From assembly GCF_000012905.2 (NCBI RefSeq), contig NC_007493.2, positions 1,620,001 to 1,652,000 on the forward strand: DNA of 32,000 nt, in the 5' to 3' direction. Under the pieces are notes generated by a model. That model made no database searches and was not told the DNA's origin. It saw only the letters and a list, made by a program, of their open reading frames with translations. The position numbers and the translations under genes are program-made. The stretch comes from Cereibacter sphaeroides 2.4.1 (GTDB lineage Bacteria > Pseudomonadota > Alphaproteobacteria > Rhodobacterales > Rhodobacteraceae). Position 1 is the first letter of the stretch, and the number at the start of each line of letters is the position of its first letter. Of the stretch, positions 17,299-26,250 are shown in pieces.

Positions 17299-19317
17299 GT
17301 GGACATACAGAGCCTGCGCGAGCAGCATCCCGATCACTGGAAGAAGGCCTGCGCCATCCGCGCGCTGACGCTCGACGCCGTGGCAGCCGCCAATTCCGGT
17401 CACTCCGGCATGCCCATGGGCATGGCCGACGTGGCCACCGTGCTCTACGAGAAGCACATGGTGTTCGACGCCCGGTCCCCCGACTGGCCGAACCGCGACC
17501 GGTTCGTACTGTCGGCCGGCCACGGCTCCATGCTGGTCTATGCGCTCCTGCATCTCACGGGCGATCCCGAATTCCCGATCGAGCAGATCCGCAACTTCCG
17601 CCAGTGGGGCTCGAAGACCGCGGGCCACCCCGAGAACTTCCTTGCCAAGGGCATCGAGACCACCACCGGCCCGCTCGGCCAGGGGCTTGCGATGTCCGTG
17701 GGCCTCGCCATGGCCGAAGAGTCGCTCCGCGCCCGCTGGGGCGCGAAGATCATCGACCATTACACCTACTGCATCGCCGGTGACGGCTGCCTGATGGAGG
17801 GCGTGAGCCAGGAGGCGATCGGCCTCGCCGGCCGCCACGAGCTCTCGCATCTCATCGTGATGTGGGACAACAACGGCATCACCATCGACGGCAAGGTCTC
17901 ACTCTCGGACCGCACCGACCAGAAGGCGCGCTTCGCCGCCGCGGGCTGGGACGTGTTCGAATGCGACGGGCACGATCCGGCCGACATCGACCGCGCCCTG
18001 ACCGCGGCCAAGGCGTCGAAGGGCCCGGCCTTCATCGCCTGCACCACCCATATCGCGCTCGGATCCTCGGCGCAGGACACGTCGAAGGGCCATGGTGCGC
18101 TGACCGATGCCAAGCTCATCGCCGACACCAAGGCCGCCTACGGCTGGACCTCCGCCGCCTTCGAGATCCCGGCCGACGTCAAGAAAGCCTGGGAAGCCAT
18201 CGGCGCCCGCGGCGCCGAGGCCCGCAAGGCCTGGGACGAGCGTCTGGCAGCCCTCTCGGATGGCAAGCGCGCCCTCTTCCAGCAGCAGTTCTCCTGCGAG
18301 CCGCCGAAGAAGCTCGCCTCCGCCATCCGCGCGGTGAAGAAGGATGCGGTCGAGAAGATGCCGAAGGTCGCGACCCGCCGCGCCTCGGAAATGGTGCTCG
18401 AGGCCGTGAACCCGGTCATGCCCGAGACCATCGGCGGCTCGGCCGACCTTACCGGCTCGAACAACACCAAGACCGCCGATCTCGGCGTCTTCGATCCGAT
18501 CAACCGCAAGGGCCGCTACGTCTATTACGGCATCCGCGAGCACGGGATGGCCGCGGCCATGAACGGCATGGCACTGCACGGCGGCCTCCGGCCCTACGGC
18601 GGCACCTTCATGTGCTTCGCCGATTACTGCCGTCCGGCGATCCGCCTCTCGGCGCTGATGCACATGCCCGTGGTCTATGTCTTCACCCACGATTCCATCG
18701 GTCTGGGCGAGGACGGCCCGACGCACCAGCCGGTCGAGCATCTGGCCATGCTGCGCGCCACGCCCAACATGATGGTGTTCCGCCCGGCCGACCTCGTCGA
18801 GACCGCCGAGGCCTGGGAGATCGCGCTCGGCGCCAAGGCCACGCCCTCGGTGCTGGCCCTCTCGCGGCAGAACCTGCCCGCGGTGCGCAAGAACCACACC
18901 AACAAGAACCTCGTGGCGCAGGGCGGCTACGTCCTCGAAGAGGCCACGGGCAAGCGTCAGGTCATCCTGATCGCCTCGGGCTCGGAGGTCGAGGTCGCGC
19001 TGAAGGCCCGCGAGGCGCTCGAGGCCGACGGCATCGGCACCCGCGTCGTCTCCATGCCCTGCATGGAGCTCTTCGCGCAGCAGGACGAGGCCTACCGCCG
19101 CAAGGTCCTGCCCGCGGGCGCGGTCCGCATCGCCATCGAGGCGGGTGTGCGCATGGGCTGGGACCGCTGGCTTCTGGGCGAGCGCGGCCGCGAAGGCAAG
19201 GACGGCTTCGTCGGCATGACCGGCTTCGGCGCCTCGGCCCCGGCCGAGCGGCTGTTCCAGGAGTTCGGCATCACCTACGAGGCGACCGTGGCGAAGGCCA
19301 AAGCCCTTCTGGGCTGA
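17299..19317 (+). CDS. tkt: Transketolase, 672 aa
   Basis: Track ORF. The start is GTG 17299 with GGAGA 6 nt upstream. TPP motifs are [16 protein letters not shown] and [13 protein letters not shown], and the transketolase signature 2 region is ADLTGSNNT...GIREHGM. Confidence 0.93.
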   Translation: MDIQSLREQHPDHWKKACAIRALTLDAVAAANSGHSGMPMGMADVATVLYEKHMVFDARSPDWPNRDRFVLSAGHGSMLVYALLHLTGDPEFPIEQIRNFRQWGSKTAGHPENFLAKGIETTTGPLGQGLAMSVGLAMAEESLRARWGAKIIDHYTYCIAGDGCLMEGVSQEAIGLAGRHELSHLIVMWDNNGITIDGKVSLSDRTDQKARFAAAGWDVFECDGHDPADIDRALTAAKASKGPAFIACTTHIALGSSAQDTSKGHGALTDAKLIADTKAAYGWTSAAFEIPADVKKAWEAIGARGAEARKAWDERLAALSDGKRALFQQQFSCEPPKKLASAIRAVKKDAVEKMPKVATRRASEMVLEAVNPVMPETIGGSADLTGSNNTKTADLGVFDPINRKGRYVYYGIREHGMAAAMNGMALHGGLRPYGGTFMCFADYCRPAIRLSALMHMPVVYVFTHDSIGLGEDGPTHQPVEHLAMLRATPNMMVFRPADLVETAEAWEIALGAKATPSVLALSRQNLPAVRKNHTNKNLVAQGGYVLEEATGKRQVILIASGSEVEVALKAREALEADGIGTRVVSMPCMELFAQQDEAYRRKVLPAGAVRIAIEAGVRMGWDRWLLGERGREGKDGFVGMTGFGASAPAERLFQEFGITYEATVAKAKALLG

Positions 19318-19336
19318 TCCGGCCCCAAGACAGCGA

Positions 19337-19369
19337 AAGGCCGCGCCCGAGGCGCGGCCTTCTTTTTTT
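19337..19369. terminator. Bidirectional rho-independent terminator between convergent tkt and the DUF2934 gene
   Basis: AAGGCCGCGCC-CGA-GGCGCGGCCTT, with the core stem at 19339-19359. It is followed by CTTTTTTT on the plus strand and by TTTCGCTGTCTT on the minus strand. Confidence 0.8.
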
Positions 19370-19389
19370 GGTGCCTCCGCGCCCTGGGC

Positions 19390-19683
19390 TCAGTCCTTCC
19401 ACTGGGGCTCGTCGGCCCGGTGCGGATAGGTGGTCTCCTCGCCCTGGTCGGTCAGGGTCGGAAATTCTCCCTGGTTCTCGATCGCTTCCAGCGGCTCGCC
19501 CTCCGGCTCGGGCTCATCGGCCGGATGGGTGGCGGCGTGCGGATTCTCCTCGATGGCGAGCAGTTCCCGCGCCTGATCCCGGAAGCTCTCATGACCGCCC
19601 TCGGGGCGACCCTGCTCTTCCCACAAGAGCCGGGCGCGATCGTCGATCCGGCGCTCCCAGGCTTCGAATTCCTCACGGTTCAT
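19390..19683 (-). CDS. DUF2934 domain protein, 97 aa
   Basis: Track ORF 19390..19689 begins with TTG. ATG 19683 (MNREEFEAWERRIDDRARLLWEEQGRPEGGHESFRDQARELL...) has GGAG 6 nt upstream. The R.RA..LWE..GRP.G block is the DUF2934 signature, and the tail is acidic. Confidence 0.8.
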   Translation of the reverse strand: MNREEFEAWERRIDDRARLLWEEQGRPEGGHESFRDQARELLAIEENPHAATHPADEPEPEGEPLEAIENQGEFPTLTDQGEETTYPHRADEPQWKD

Positions 19684-19714
19684 CGGCAACTCCTGTCTGT
19701 TGCCGGAGAAACTT

Positions 19715-20686
19715 CTACCGCCCCGAGGATGTTCCGGGCCGGAGCCGCGCCACGAGGCCCCAGAGCGGCAGGAGGATCCAGTTGGCGACGGGGATCAGGG
19801 CAAGCCCCAGAGCCAGCCCGAGAAGACCGTCGAAGAAGGCGGTGGTGGCCCATTCGACCGCGCCGCGGGCCTGCCCCACGGCATCGGCCGCGGCCACCGC
19901 GATGTCGTGGATATGGTGGTGCAGCCAGCCGAACCCCAGCTCATAAAGCCCATGGACCACGATGGCGCCGCCCACCCAGATCATCGCCGCCGTGCCCACG
20001 ATGGTCAGGAGCTTGAGGAACCACGGCATCCCGTGGACGATGCCGCGCCCGAGGGCGCGCGTGGCGGCGAGCCTGCCGCGCAGGCTCATGAAGACGCCCA
20101 GATCGTCCGCCTTCACGATCATCGCCACGCCGCCGTAGACCAGCACGGTGATGCCCACCCCGGCCGCGGCGAGCGACGCTGCCTTCATCGCGATGCCCGA
20201 CGGCGGCAGCGCCGCAAGGACGATGGTCATGATCTCGGCCGAGAGAATGAAGTCGGTCTTGATCGCCCCCGCCACCTTCTGCTCCTCGAGATGCGCCGGA
20301 TCGGCGCCCGACACGTCCGCGGTCTCGTGGGGACCGCCGAAGAGATGGGCCACCTTCTCCGCCCCCTCGAAGCAGAGATAGGCCCCGCCGAGCATCAGGA
20401 GCGGAGAGATCAGCCACGGCGCGAAGGTCGAGAGCAGCAGCGCCGCGGGCAGCAGGAGGACGAGCTTGTTGAAGATGGAGCCCTTGGCGATGCGCCAGAC
20501 GATCGGAACCTCGCGCGAGGCATCGAAGCCCTGCACATATTTGGGCGTCACCGCCGCATCGTCGATCACCGCCCCCGCGGCCTTGGCCCCGGCCTTGGCG
20601 GCCTGACCGATCACATCGTCCACCGAGGCCGCCGCGACCTTCGCAATCGAGGCCACATCGTCCAGCAAGGCCAGCAAGCCGCTCAT
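19715..20686 (-). CDS. DUF808 family inner-membrane protein (YedI-like), 323 aa
   Basis: Track ORF 19715..20818. ATG 20686 has AAGGAA 6 nt upstream. MSGLLALLDDVASIAK...REVPIVWRIAKGSIFNKLVLLLPAALLLSTFAPWLISPLLMLGGAYLCFEGAEKV closely parallels E. coli YedI as I recall it. The stop lies 31 nt upstream of the DUF2934 start, so the two genes probably form an operon. Confidence 0.85.
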   Translation of the reverse strand: MSGLLALLDDVASIAKVAAASVDDVIGQAAKAGAKAAGAVIDDAAVTPKYVQGFDASREVPIVWRIAKGSIFNKLVLLLPAALLLSTFAPWLISPLLMLGGAYLCFEGAEKVAHLFGGPHETADVSGADPAHLEEQKVAGAIKTDFILSAEIMTIVLAALPPSGIAMKAASLAAAGVGITVLVYGGVAMIVKADDLGVFMSLRGRLAATRALGRGIVHGMPWFLKLLTIVGTAAMIWVGGAIVVHGLYELGFGWLHHHIHDIAVAAADAVGQARGAVEWATTAFFDGLLGLALGLALIPVANWILLPLWGLVARLRPGTSSGR

Positions 20687-21258
20687 GTCCCGTTCCTTCG
20701 CCCGTTCCAGCCAGAACCTTCTGGCAGAAGCCGCGTTCCGCAGAAAGTGCGTCGCGCAGTCCAACCCGGCGGCCGGCGGCGCGTCCGCGCTCCTGCCGCA
20801 GCGGCCCATTCTCGCCACCCTCCCTTAACCGCGCGTTCCGATGGACAGGAACCGGCCCACAAGGGGCCAGGCCGAGCCTTCGATGTCTCTACGGTCCCTT
20901 CCCTATGCGCCCCTCCGGGAGCTTTGCGACCCGGAAGACAGCCGATGCGCGGCAGGCCACGCTGCGGGCAGCGTGCCCTGCGCGCAAGGCCGGGCCGCCC
21001 CCGAATTTCTCACGGGCGGCTTCGGCCTCCGCGGGCCGGAGCGATCCCGTTCGTCCGAGGCCCGCCTCCCGTCCTCTCCCGAGGCGGGCCGTCCCGCGGC
21101 GGCGAGGTCTCTAAACCGGGCACTATCTTGCCGTCCTGCGCCGATTTCCTCCTTTCTTCGGTTGAATTGCGCTCGGATCTGGGGTCGTTACCTTGGAGAC
21201 CGTCCGCGGGCGCACGACTCGATCCTCGCTGTGCGCCCGCCCATTGTGGGAGAGCTCT

Positions 21259-22260
21259 ATGACCGTGAAAGTGGCAATCAACGGCTTCGGCCGCATCGGG
21301 CGGAACGTGCTCCGCGCCATCATCGAATCGGGCCGGACCGATATCGAGGTGGTGGCGATCAACGATCTCGGTCCGGTCGAGACCAACGCGCACCTGCTGC
21401 GCTTCGACTCGGTCCACGGCCGCTTCCCCGCCACCGTCACCACCACCGAGAAGACCATCGACGTGGGCCGCGGCCCGATGGATGTGACCGCGATCCGCAA
21501 CCCGGCCGAACTGCCCTGGGGCCATGTCGACATCGTGCTGGAATGCACCGGCATCTTCACCGACAAGGAGAAAGCGAAGGTCCACCTCGAGAGCGGCGCC
21601 AAGCGCGTGCTGGTCTCGGCCCCCTCGACGGGCGCCGACAAGACCATCGTCTATGGCGTGAACCACGAGACCCTGACCAAGGACGACCTCATCGTCTCGA
21701 ACGCCTCCTGCACGACGAACTGCCTCTCGCCGGTCGCCAAGGTGCTGAACGACACGATCGGCATCACCAAGGGCTTCATGACGACGATCCACAGCTACAC
21801 GGGCGACCAGCCGACGCTCGACACGATGCACAAGGATCTCTACCGCGCCCGCGCCGCGGCGCTCAGCATGATCCCGACCTCGACCGGCGCCGCCAAGGCC
21901 GTGGGCCTCGTGCTGCCGGAACTGAAGGGCAAGCTCGACGGCGTGGCGATCCGGGTGCCGACGCCGAACGTCTCGGTGGTGGACCTCGTGTTCGAAGCCT
22001 CGCGCGCGACCAGCGTCGAGGAAGTGAACGCGGCCATCCGCGAGGCTGCCGACGGCAAGCTGAAGGGCATCCTCGGCTATACCGACCAGCCCAACGTCTC
22101 GATGGACTTCAACCACGATCCGCACAGCTCGATCTTCCACCTCGACCAGACCAAGGTCATGGAAGGCAACATGGTGCGGATCCTCACCTGGTACGACAAC
22201 GAGTGGGGCTTCTCGAACCGCATGGCCGATACGGCCGTGGCCATGGGCAAGCTCATCTGA
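21259..22260 (+). CDS. gap: Type I glyceraldehyde-3-phosphate dehydrogenase, 333 aa
   Basis: Track ORF 21193..22260. ATG 21259 ([20 protein letters not shown]...) has GGAG 6 nt upstream. The catalytic motif is [10 protein letters not shown]. Confidence 0.95.
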   Translation: MTVKVAINGFGRIGRNVLRAIIESGRTDIEVVAINDLGPVETNAHLLRFDSVHGRFPATVTTTEKTIDVGRGPMDVTAIRNPAELPWGHVDIVLECTGIFTDKEKAKVHLESGAKRVLVSAPSTGADKTIVYGVNHETLTKDDLIVSNASCTTNCLSPVAKVLNDTIGITKGFMTTIHSYTGDQPTLDTMHKDLYRARAAALSMIPTSTGAAKAVGLVLPELKGKLDGVAIRVPTPNVSVVDLVFEASRATSVEEVNAAIREAADGKLKGILGYTDQPNVSMDFNHDPHSSIFHLDQTKVMEGNMVRILTWYDNEWGFSNRMADTAVAMGKLI

Positions 22261-22281
22261 ACGCTGCCGTTCCAGATTGAG

Positions 22282-22314
22282 AAATGCCGGCCCTCGGGCC
22301 GGCATTTTTCATTT
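22282..22314 (+). terminator. Rho-independent terminator of gap
   Basis: AAATGCCGGCC-ctcg-GGCCGGCATTT is followed by TTCATTT. It starts 22 nt after the TGA stop. Confidence 0.8.
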
Positions 22315-22468
22315 CGGGTCAACGACTTGCCGGCCGCTTCGCCTCTCGCCCGAAAGGGTCGGATGACTTGTGCTCTCTGCATGGCAGCACGGCGGGAACG
22401 GCGGTTGTTAGCGCCAACATTCCGGGCCAATTAGAGCGCAGGGAGGAAAGACAGGAAGGACCCCACCC

Positions 22469-22624
22469 ATGAAGACCCTCATCGCCCCGATCCTCGAAGC
22501 GCTGCGCAATCAGGCCCGCTTCCGCCGCACCCGCGCCGCGCTGGCCAGCCTGCCGCTCGACGCGCGCCTCGATCTCGACATCTACGACATCGACGCCACT
22601 GCCCGCCGCGCCATCTGGGGCTGA
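22469..22624 (+). CDS. Small protein, DUF1127-like, 51 aa (not in the ORF track)
   Basis: ATG 22469 is preceded by AGGAAGGA with an 8-nt spacer. The translation is MKTLIAPILEALRNQARFRRTRAALASLPLDARLDLDIYDIDATARRAIWG, ending at TGA 22622-22624. About 47 of 51 codons end in G or C, which is the coding-strand bias of the neighbouring genes. The RRTR..L..L....L.DI block resembles the DUF1127 motif. Confidence 0.55.
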   Translation: MKTLIAPILEALRNQARFRRTRAALASLPLDARLDLDIYDIDATARRAIWG

Positions 22625-22650
22625 GCCCCGGAAGGCTCCGGCCTCCGCCG

Positions 22651-23139
22651 TCAGCGATATTTGGCGACCAGCGCCGCGCCTACGTCCGGCGTGACGAAGC
22701 TCGAGACATCGCCGCCGAGGCGGGCGATCTCCTTGACGAGCTTGGAGGCGATGGCCTGACGCCGCGCGTCGGCCATCAGGAAGACGGTCTCGATCCCGGC
22801 GTCGAGCGCGCGGTTCATGCCGACCATCTGGAACTCGTATTCGAAGTCGGCGACCGCGCGCAGGCCGCGCACGATCACCGAGGCGCCCACGTCGCGGGCG
22901 CAGTCGATCAGCAGGTTCTCGAACGGATGCACCACGATCTCGCCGCCATTGGCGGCGATGGCGCGGCACTCGGTCTCGACCATCCGCACGCGCTCTTCCA
23001 GCGAGAAGAGCGGCCCCTTGTCCCGGTTGATGGCGACCCCGATCACGAGGCGATCGACCAGCGCCATCGCGCGCTGGATGATGTCCAGGTGGCCGAGCGT
23101 CAGCGGATCGAAGGTGCCGGGATAAAGACCGATGCGCAT
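22651..23139 (-). CDS. coaD: Phosphopantetheine adenylyltransferase, 162 aa
   Basis: Track ORF 22651..23193. ATG 23139 (MRIGLYPGTFDPLTLGHLDIIQRA...) has GGAGG upstream. The nucleotidyltransferase motif is GTFDP.T.GH, and later blocks include RGLRAVADFEYE. Confidence 0.93.
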   Translation of the reverse strand: MRIGLYPGTFDPLTLGHLDIIQRAMALVDRLVIGVAINRDKGPLFSLEERVRMVETECRAIAANGGEIVVHPFENLLIDCARDVGASVIVRGLRAVADFEYEFQMVGMNRALDAGIETVFLMADARRQAIASKLVKEIARLGGDVSSFVTPDVGAALVAKYR

Positions 23140-23208
23140 GATGCCTCCCACTTGGTCGAAAGGCACGCAAACGCATCGCGGGACAGGATGCAAGCCCCAA
23201 AAGCCGCG

Positions 23209-23643
23209 TCAGAATCCCTTGATCATCCCTTCCAGCGCGTCCTTTTCCATCGAGAGTTCCGAGAGGCGCGCCTTGACCACGTCGCCGATCGAGATCAGCC
23301 CGACCATCTCGCCCTCGGCCATCACGGGCAGGTGGCGGAAGCGCCCCTCGGTCATGACCTGCATGATCCGGTCGGCCTCGTCGGTGCAGGCGCAGGTCAC
23401 GATCTTCGACGTCATGATCGCCTCCACCTTGTCCGACAGACAGCCGGCGCCCCTCCGGCCCAGCTCGCGCACGATGTCGCGTTCGGACAACATGCCCTCG
23501 GGCCGCTTGCCGTCGCGCGATACGACGACCGCACCGATGCGGCGCGACGACAGCACCTCGGCCGCAGCCGCAATGCTCGATCCCGGCGGAACCGTCACCA
23601 CACCATCATCGGACTTGGCCTTGAGTATCTGCTGAACGAGCAT
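23209..23643 (-). CDS. CBS-pair domain protein, 144 aa
   Basis: Track ORF. It contains two CBS repeats (IGAVVVSRDGKRPEGMLSERDIVR and FRHLPVMAEGEMVGLISIGDVVK) and no other domain. Confidence 0.85.
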   Translation of the reverse strand: MLVQQILKAKSDDGVVTVPPGSSIAAAAEVLSSRRIGAVVVSRDGKRPEGMLSERDIVRELGRRGAGCLSDKVEAIMTSKIVTCACTDEADRIMQVMTEGRFRHLPVMAEGEMVGLISIGDVVKARLSELSMEKDALEGMIKGF

Positions 23644-23697
23644 CGGCGAGCCTCCCTTCGCGGTAAATTCTCCATCCCGGACTCAGTGTATCGCAAT

Positions 23698-24591
23698 TTA
23701 CAGGCGAGTCATGCCCTCAAGACGGTGGACCTCGCGGCGCACCCCCTGCACCAGCGCATCGGTGAAGCGGTTGAGCCGCTCGAGGCGCACATCGTCCTGA
23801 TGCCGGATGAGCCAGAAGCTGCGGCTGAGGCTCAGCGCCTCGGGCAGGATCTTCACCAGCTCGGGCGCGGAGGGCATGGCGAAATCGTGCACGATCCCCA
23901 CGCCCGCCCCGGCGCGCAGCCAGTTGAGCTGCACCGAGACCGAATTCGAGGCGAAGGGCACCGAGCCCGAGCCGAGCCCAGTGAGGTAATCCAGTTCCTT
24001 GTCGAAGATCATGTCGGGAATGTAGCCCACCAGCTGGTGCGCCTTCAGATCCTCAAGGGCGCGGATCGGCGGATGGCGGCTCAGATACTCCGCGCTCGCC
24101 GCCAGATGCAGCCGGTAGTCGGCCAGCTTCTGCACCCGGAGCCGCCCGGCCTCCGGCCGGCTCACGCCGATGGCCAGATCGGCCTCGCGCTTGGAGAGGT
24201 TGAAGACCCGCGGCAGCGCCACGATCTGCACCTCGAGCCCCGGATTGTCGGTGCAGATCTGCGCCAGCACCTGCGGCAGCAGATAGTTGGCGCAACCGTC
24301 GGGGGCACCGATGCGGATCTGCCCCGACAGGCCCGCGGCCCCCTGCAGATCCTCGGCCGCCTCGCCCACCGCCTGCTCGGCCCGCTCGGCATGGGCCAGA
24401 AGACGCTGCCCCGCTTCGGTCAGCGCATAGCCTTGCGGGCTCTTGGCAAAGAGCGGCACCCCCAGCGCCTCCTCGAGCCGCGCAATGCGCCGGCCCACCG
24501 TCGCCGGGTCGAGCCTCAGCCCCCGTCCCGCCCCCGAGAGGCTTTCGGCGCGCGCCACGCCGAGGAAGATGCGCAGGTCGTCCCAGTCCAT
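23698..24591 (-). CDS. LysR-family transcriptional regulator divergent from mmsA, 297 aa
   Basis: These are the C-terminal 297 aa of track ORF 23698..26706(-). ATG 24591 gives MDWDDLRIFLGVARAESLSGAGRGLRLDPATVGRRIARLEEALGVPLF..., a canonical LTTR wHTH. The rest of the track ORF is antisense to mmsA. Confidence 0.9.
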   Translation of the reverse strand: MDWDDLRIFLGVARAESLSGAGRGLRLDPATVGRRIARLEEALGVPLFAKSPQGYALTEAGQRLLAHAERAEQAVGEAAEDLQGAAGLSGQIRIGAPDGCANYLLPQVLAQICTDNPGLEVQIVALPRVFNLSKREADLAIGVSRPEAGRLRVQKLADYRLHLAASAEYLSRHPPIRALEDLKAHQLVGYIPDMIFDKELDYLTGLGSGSVPFASNSVSVQLNWLRAGAGVGIVHDFAMPSAPELVKILPEALSLSRSFWLIRHQDDVRLERLNRFTDALVQGVRREVHRLEGMTRL

Positions 24592-24647
24592 TTCGATCCT
24601 CGTCCGGGCATTTCTGCAAAGTGCTTTTGGAGACTTGCCGCTTTCTT

Positions 24648-24673
24648 CGGCAGGATTGCAAGGTATCCTGCCG
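24648..24673. promoter_or_regulatory. 9-bp perfect inverted repeat CGGCAGGAT-N8-ATCCTGCCG immediately upstream of the mmsA RBS
   Basis: The arms lie at 24648-24656 and 24665-24673, inside the 102-bp LysR/mmsA divergent region. The repeat ends 20 nt before the mmsA ATG. Confidence 0.45.
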
Positions 24674-24693
24674 CCAAACCGAGGGAGATTTGC

Positions 24694-26193
24694 ATGGAAG
24701 AACTCAGCCACTGGATCGACGGCAAGCGCGTGAAGGGCACCTCCGGCCGCTTCGCCGATGTCTTCAACCCGGCCACCGGCGAGGTGCAGGCGCGCGTGCC
24801 GCTCGCCTCGAAGGCCGAACTCGACGCCGCCGTGGCCTCGGCCGCCGCCGCCCAGCCGAAATGGGCCGCCACCAACCCGCAGCGCCGCGCCCGCGTGATG
24901 ATGGAGGTCGTGCGCCTCCTCAACCGCGACATGGACAAGCTGGCCGAGGCGCTCTCGCGCGAGCACGGCAAGACCATCCCCGACGCCAAGGGCGACGTGC
25001 AGCGCGGCCTCGAGGTGATCGAATTCTGCATCGGCGCGCCGCATCTGCTGAAGGGCGAGTTCACCGACAGTGCGGGCCCCGGCATCGACATGTATTCGAT
25101 GCGCCAGCCGCTCGGCGTGGCCGCGGGCATCACGCCCTTCAACTTCCCGGCGATGATCCCGCTGTGGAAGATGGGCCCCGCGCTTGCCGCCGGCAACGCC
25201 TTCATCCTGAAGCCCTCCGAGCGCGATCCGTCCGTGCCGCTGATGCTGGCCGAGATCTTCCAGGAGGCGGGCCTGCCCGACGGCGTCCTGCAGGTGGTGA
25301 ACGGCGACAAGGAGTCGGTCGACGCGATCCTCGACAACCCGACCATTGCGGCGGTGGGCTTCGTGGGCTCGACCCCGATCGCGGAATATATCTATTCCCG
25401 CGGCTGCGCGAACGGCAAGCGCGTGCAGTGCTTCGGCGGTGCCAAGAACCACATGATCATCATGCCGGACGCCGACCTCGATCAAGCGGCCGATGCGCTG
25501 GTGGGCGCGGGCTACGGCGCTGCCGGCGAGCGCTGCATGGCGATCTCGGTCGCCGTCCCGGTGGGCGACGAGACGGCCGATGCGCTCATCGAGCGGCTGA
25601 TCCCGCGCATCGAGAAGCTGAAGGTCGGCCCCTACACCGCGGGCAACGACGTGGATTACGGCCCGGTCGTGACCGCCGCCGCGCGCGAGAACATCCTGCG
25701 CCTCGTACAGTCGGGCGTGGATCAGGGCGCCAAGCTGGTGGTCGACGGCCGCAACTTCTCGCTCCAGGGCTACGAGAAGGGCTTCTTCGTCGGCCCGCAC
25801 CTCTTCGACCATGTCAGGCCCGACATGGACATCTACCGCAAGGAGATCTTCGGCCCGGTCCTCTCGACCGTCCGCGCGGCCTCCTACGAAGAGGCGCTGA
25901 GCCTTGCCATGGATCATGAATACGGCAACGGCACCGCGATCTACACCCGCGACGGCGACGCCGCCCGCGACTTCGCGGCGCGCGTGAATGTGGGGATGAT
26001 CGGGATCAACGTGCCGATCCCGGTGCCGCTGGCCTACCACACCTTCGGCGGCTGGAAGAAATCGGCCTTCGGCGACCTGAACCAGCACGGCCCCGACTCC
26101 TTCCGCTTCTACACCCGGACGAAGACGATCACCTCGCGCTGGCCCTCGGGCATCAAGGAGGGCTCCGCCTTCAACTTCAAGGCCATGGACTGA
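24694..26193 (+). CDS. mmsA: CoA-acylating methylmalonate-semialdehyde dehydrogenase, 499 aa
   Basis: These are the C-terminal 499 aa of track ORF 22927..26193. ATG 24694 (MEELSHWIDGKRV...) has GGGAGA 5 nt upstream. ALDH blocks are FILKPSERDP and the catalytic Cys in GERCMAIS. The C-terminal WKKSAFGDLNQHG...FYTRTKT is typical of MmsA. Confidence 0.93.
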   Translation: MEELSHWIDGKRVKGTSGRFADVFNPATGEVQARVPLASKAELDAAVASAAAAQPKWAATNPQRRARVMMEVVRLLNRDMDKLAEALSREHGKTIPDAKGDVQRGLEVIEFCIGAPHLLKGEFTDSAGPGIDMYSMRQPLGVAAGITPFNFPAMIPLWKMGPALAAGNAFILKPSERDPSVPLMLAEIFQEAGLPDGVLQVVNGDKESVDAILDNPTIAAVGFVGSTPIAEYIYSRGCANGKRVQCFGGAKNHMIIMPDADLDQAADALVGAGYGAAGERCMAISVAVPVGDETADALIERLIPRIEKLKVGPYTAGNDVDYGPVVTAAARENILRLVQSGVDQGAKLVVDGRNFSLQGYEKGFFVGPHLFDHVRPDMDIYRKEIFGPVLSTVRAASYEEALSLAMDHEYGNGTAIYTRDGDAARDFAARVNVGMIGINVPIPVPLAYHTFGGWKKSAFGDLNQHGPDSFRFYTRTKTITSRWPSGIKEGSAFNFKAMD

Positions 26194-26216
26194 GTTTCGG
26201 TCCTGCTCCACCTCCC

Positions 26217-26250
26217 GCAGCCGGCGCCCCCGCGCCGGCTGCTTTCCTTT
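26217..26250 (+). terminator. Rho-independent terminator of mmsA
   Basis: An 11-bp stem, GCAGCCGGCGC (26217-26227) with GCGCCGGCTGC (26232-26242), has loop CCCC and is followed by TTTCCTTT. Confidence 0.75.

Noticed and set aside
17862-19946. 694-aa plus-strand alternate-frame ORF inside and beyond tkt. Similar cases are 6008..7948(-) across argC/murI, 2626..4281(-) inside argS, 10009..11457(-) inside the oxidoreductase gene and 29265..30581(-) inside uvrA.
   Set aside because: These are alternate frames of well-supported genes. The products are Arg/Pro/Gly-rich with no motifs. This is a GC-composition artefact.
22927-24693. N-terminal 589 aa of the 1088-aa plus-strand track ORF that ends as mmsA
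   Set aside because: Only 24694-26193 resembles MmsA and has an SD sequence plus ATG. The upstream part runs antisense through coaD, the CBS gene and the LysR gene and is low-complexity.
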